A model generated the notes under the pieces. The model did no database searches, was not told where the DNA came from, and worked only from the letters and a program-made list of their open reading frames with translations. From contig JAAFJF010000002.1 of assembly GCA_013298815.1 (NCBI GenBank), forward strand, positions 2,191-66,190: a stretch of 64,000 nt of DNA, in the 5' to 3' direction. Position numbers and translations under genes: made by a program. The stretch is from Polaromonas sp. GTDB lineage: Bacteria; Pseudomonadota; Gammaproteobacteria; Burkholderiales; Burkholderiaceae_C. This document shows, piece by piece, positions 63,316 through 64,000 of the stretch (its first letter is position 1; each line of letters starts with the position of its first letter).

Positions 63316-64000
63316 TTAAATAAACGAATTCAGCAAGTTTTCCAAGTTTTCTTGACGACCAGAAACAGGGCGAGTGTCGGTATTGTTTTGCAATACGCGC
63401 GCAGCCACCTCATCTAAGCTCAACTTGCCAGCCATGACGTCGCCACCAAAACTTGACTTCCAGCCGGCATAACGGTCTTGACGAGCTTTCTCAAAACGGC
63501 CATCTGTGATCATTTTTTCCGCGATTAACAAAGCTCGCGCTGTCACGTCCATACCGCCAATGTGTCCATAGAACATGTCTTCAGGCTCAATCGATTGACG
63601 GCGAACTTTGCTGTCAAAATTCACACCACCCGTTGTGAAGCCACCCGCTTGCAGAATTTGATACATCACCAAAGCTGTTTCTGGAATGCTGTTCGGGAAC
63701 TGGTCTGTGTCCCACTGACACTGCATGTCACCTCGGTTCATATCGATAGAGCCAAAAAGTCCCATGTCGATAGACGTGGCAATTTCATGCTCAAAGCTGT
63801 GTCCTGCCAATGTGGCGTGGTTGGCTTCGATGTTGACTTTGACTTCTTTTTCTAGGCCGTGCTTGAGCAAGAAGCCGTAAACAGTCGCCACGTCAAAATC
63901 GTACTGGTGCTTGGTCGGTTCGCGGGGCTTTGGTTCTAGCAAAATCGCACCTTTGAAACCTATTTTGTGTTTGTAGTCCACCACCATGTTCAAGAATCGA
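63316..64000 (-). CDS. xylA: xylose isomerase, C-terminal part (5' end beyond window end)
   Basis: The frame stays open to the window edge. Supporting motifs are [51 protein letters not shown]-like QWDTDQFP and [11 protein letters not shown]. Confidence 0.9.
   Translation of the reverse strand, partial: RFLNMVVDYKHKIGFKGAILLEPKPREPTKHQYDFDVATVYGFLLKHGLEKEVKVNIEANHATLAGHSFEHEIATSIDMGLFGSIDMNRGDMQCQWDTDQFPNSIPETALVMYQILQAGGFTTGGVNFDSKVRRQSIEPEDMFYGHIGGMDVTARALLIAEKMITDGRFEKARQDRYAGWKSSFGGDVMAGKLSLDEVAARVLQNNTDTRPVSGRQENLENLLNSFI

Overview
This 64 kb window looks like chromosomal DNA from a moderate-GC proteobacterium. A Burkholderiales-type betaproteobacterium is my inference, based on a Bug/TctC binding protein, the soxCDYZAXB gene order and a cysI-DUF934-cysH-cysDN layout. 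Most of the window is well-recognisable housekeeping and metabolic content. Left to right it holds: hrpA (5' part), a Tat-signal agmatine-deiminase-family enzyme, and two paralogous PilJ/NarX-type periplasmic sensor-domain proteins flanking a prolyl-4-hydroxylase-like oxygenase. Next come formyl-CoA transferase (frc) with an unknown Rossmann oxidoreductase, a large acyl-CoA dehydrogenase, gnd, argA and a CUT2-type sugar ABC transporter. These are followed by an unusual repeat protein, dsbB, yggX and an MnmC-C-like FAD oxidoreductase. A cluster of poorly characterised genes follows: a TVP38-FAD disulfide oxidoreductase fusion, DUF547, DUF3047, an ATP-grasp protein and a YHS lipoprotein. A small accessory patch at 25.9-28.3 kb holds a Cys-rich lipoprotein, a RelE/ParE-like toxin-antitoxin pair and a very AT-rich gene for a zinc-ribbon + HEPN-like protein. 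The rest comprises an assimilatory sulfate-reduction cluster (tauE-like, cysI, DUF934, cysH, cysD, cysN) followed by fdxA and fpr, a polyol (sorbitol/mannitol-type) ABC uptake and dehydrogenase cluster with an AraC regulator, a family III CoA-transferase, a MATE exporter and tRNA-Asn. After that come a complete sox/fcc thiosulfate-sulfide oxidation cluster, a Bug binding protein with a glucarate-dehydratase-like enzyme, a three-gene operon (Gfo/Idh/MocA, CRTAC1-like FG-GAP protein, PAP2/vanadium-haloperoxidase-like protein) and the 3' part of xylA. Superimposed on this is a dispersed intergenic repeat of about 45-65 bp with at least 12 copies. The best candidate for something undescribed is the AT-rich zinc-ribbon/HEPN-like gene beside the TA pair. 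The second candidate is the protein with six copies of a QLWRVLNTDI motif. No CRISPR array, transposase, integrase or rRNA was seen.
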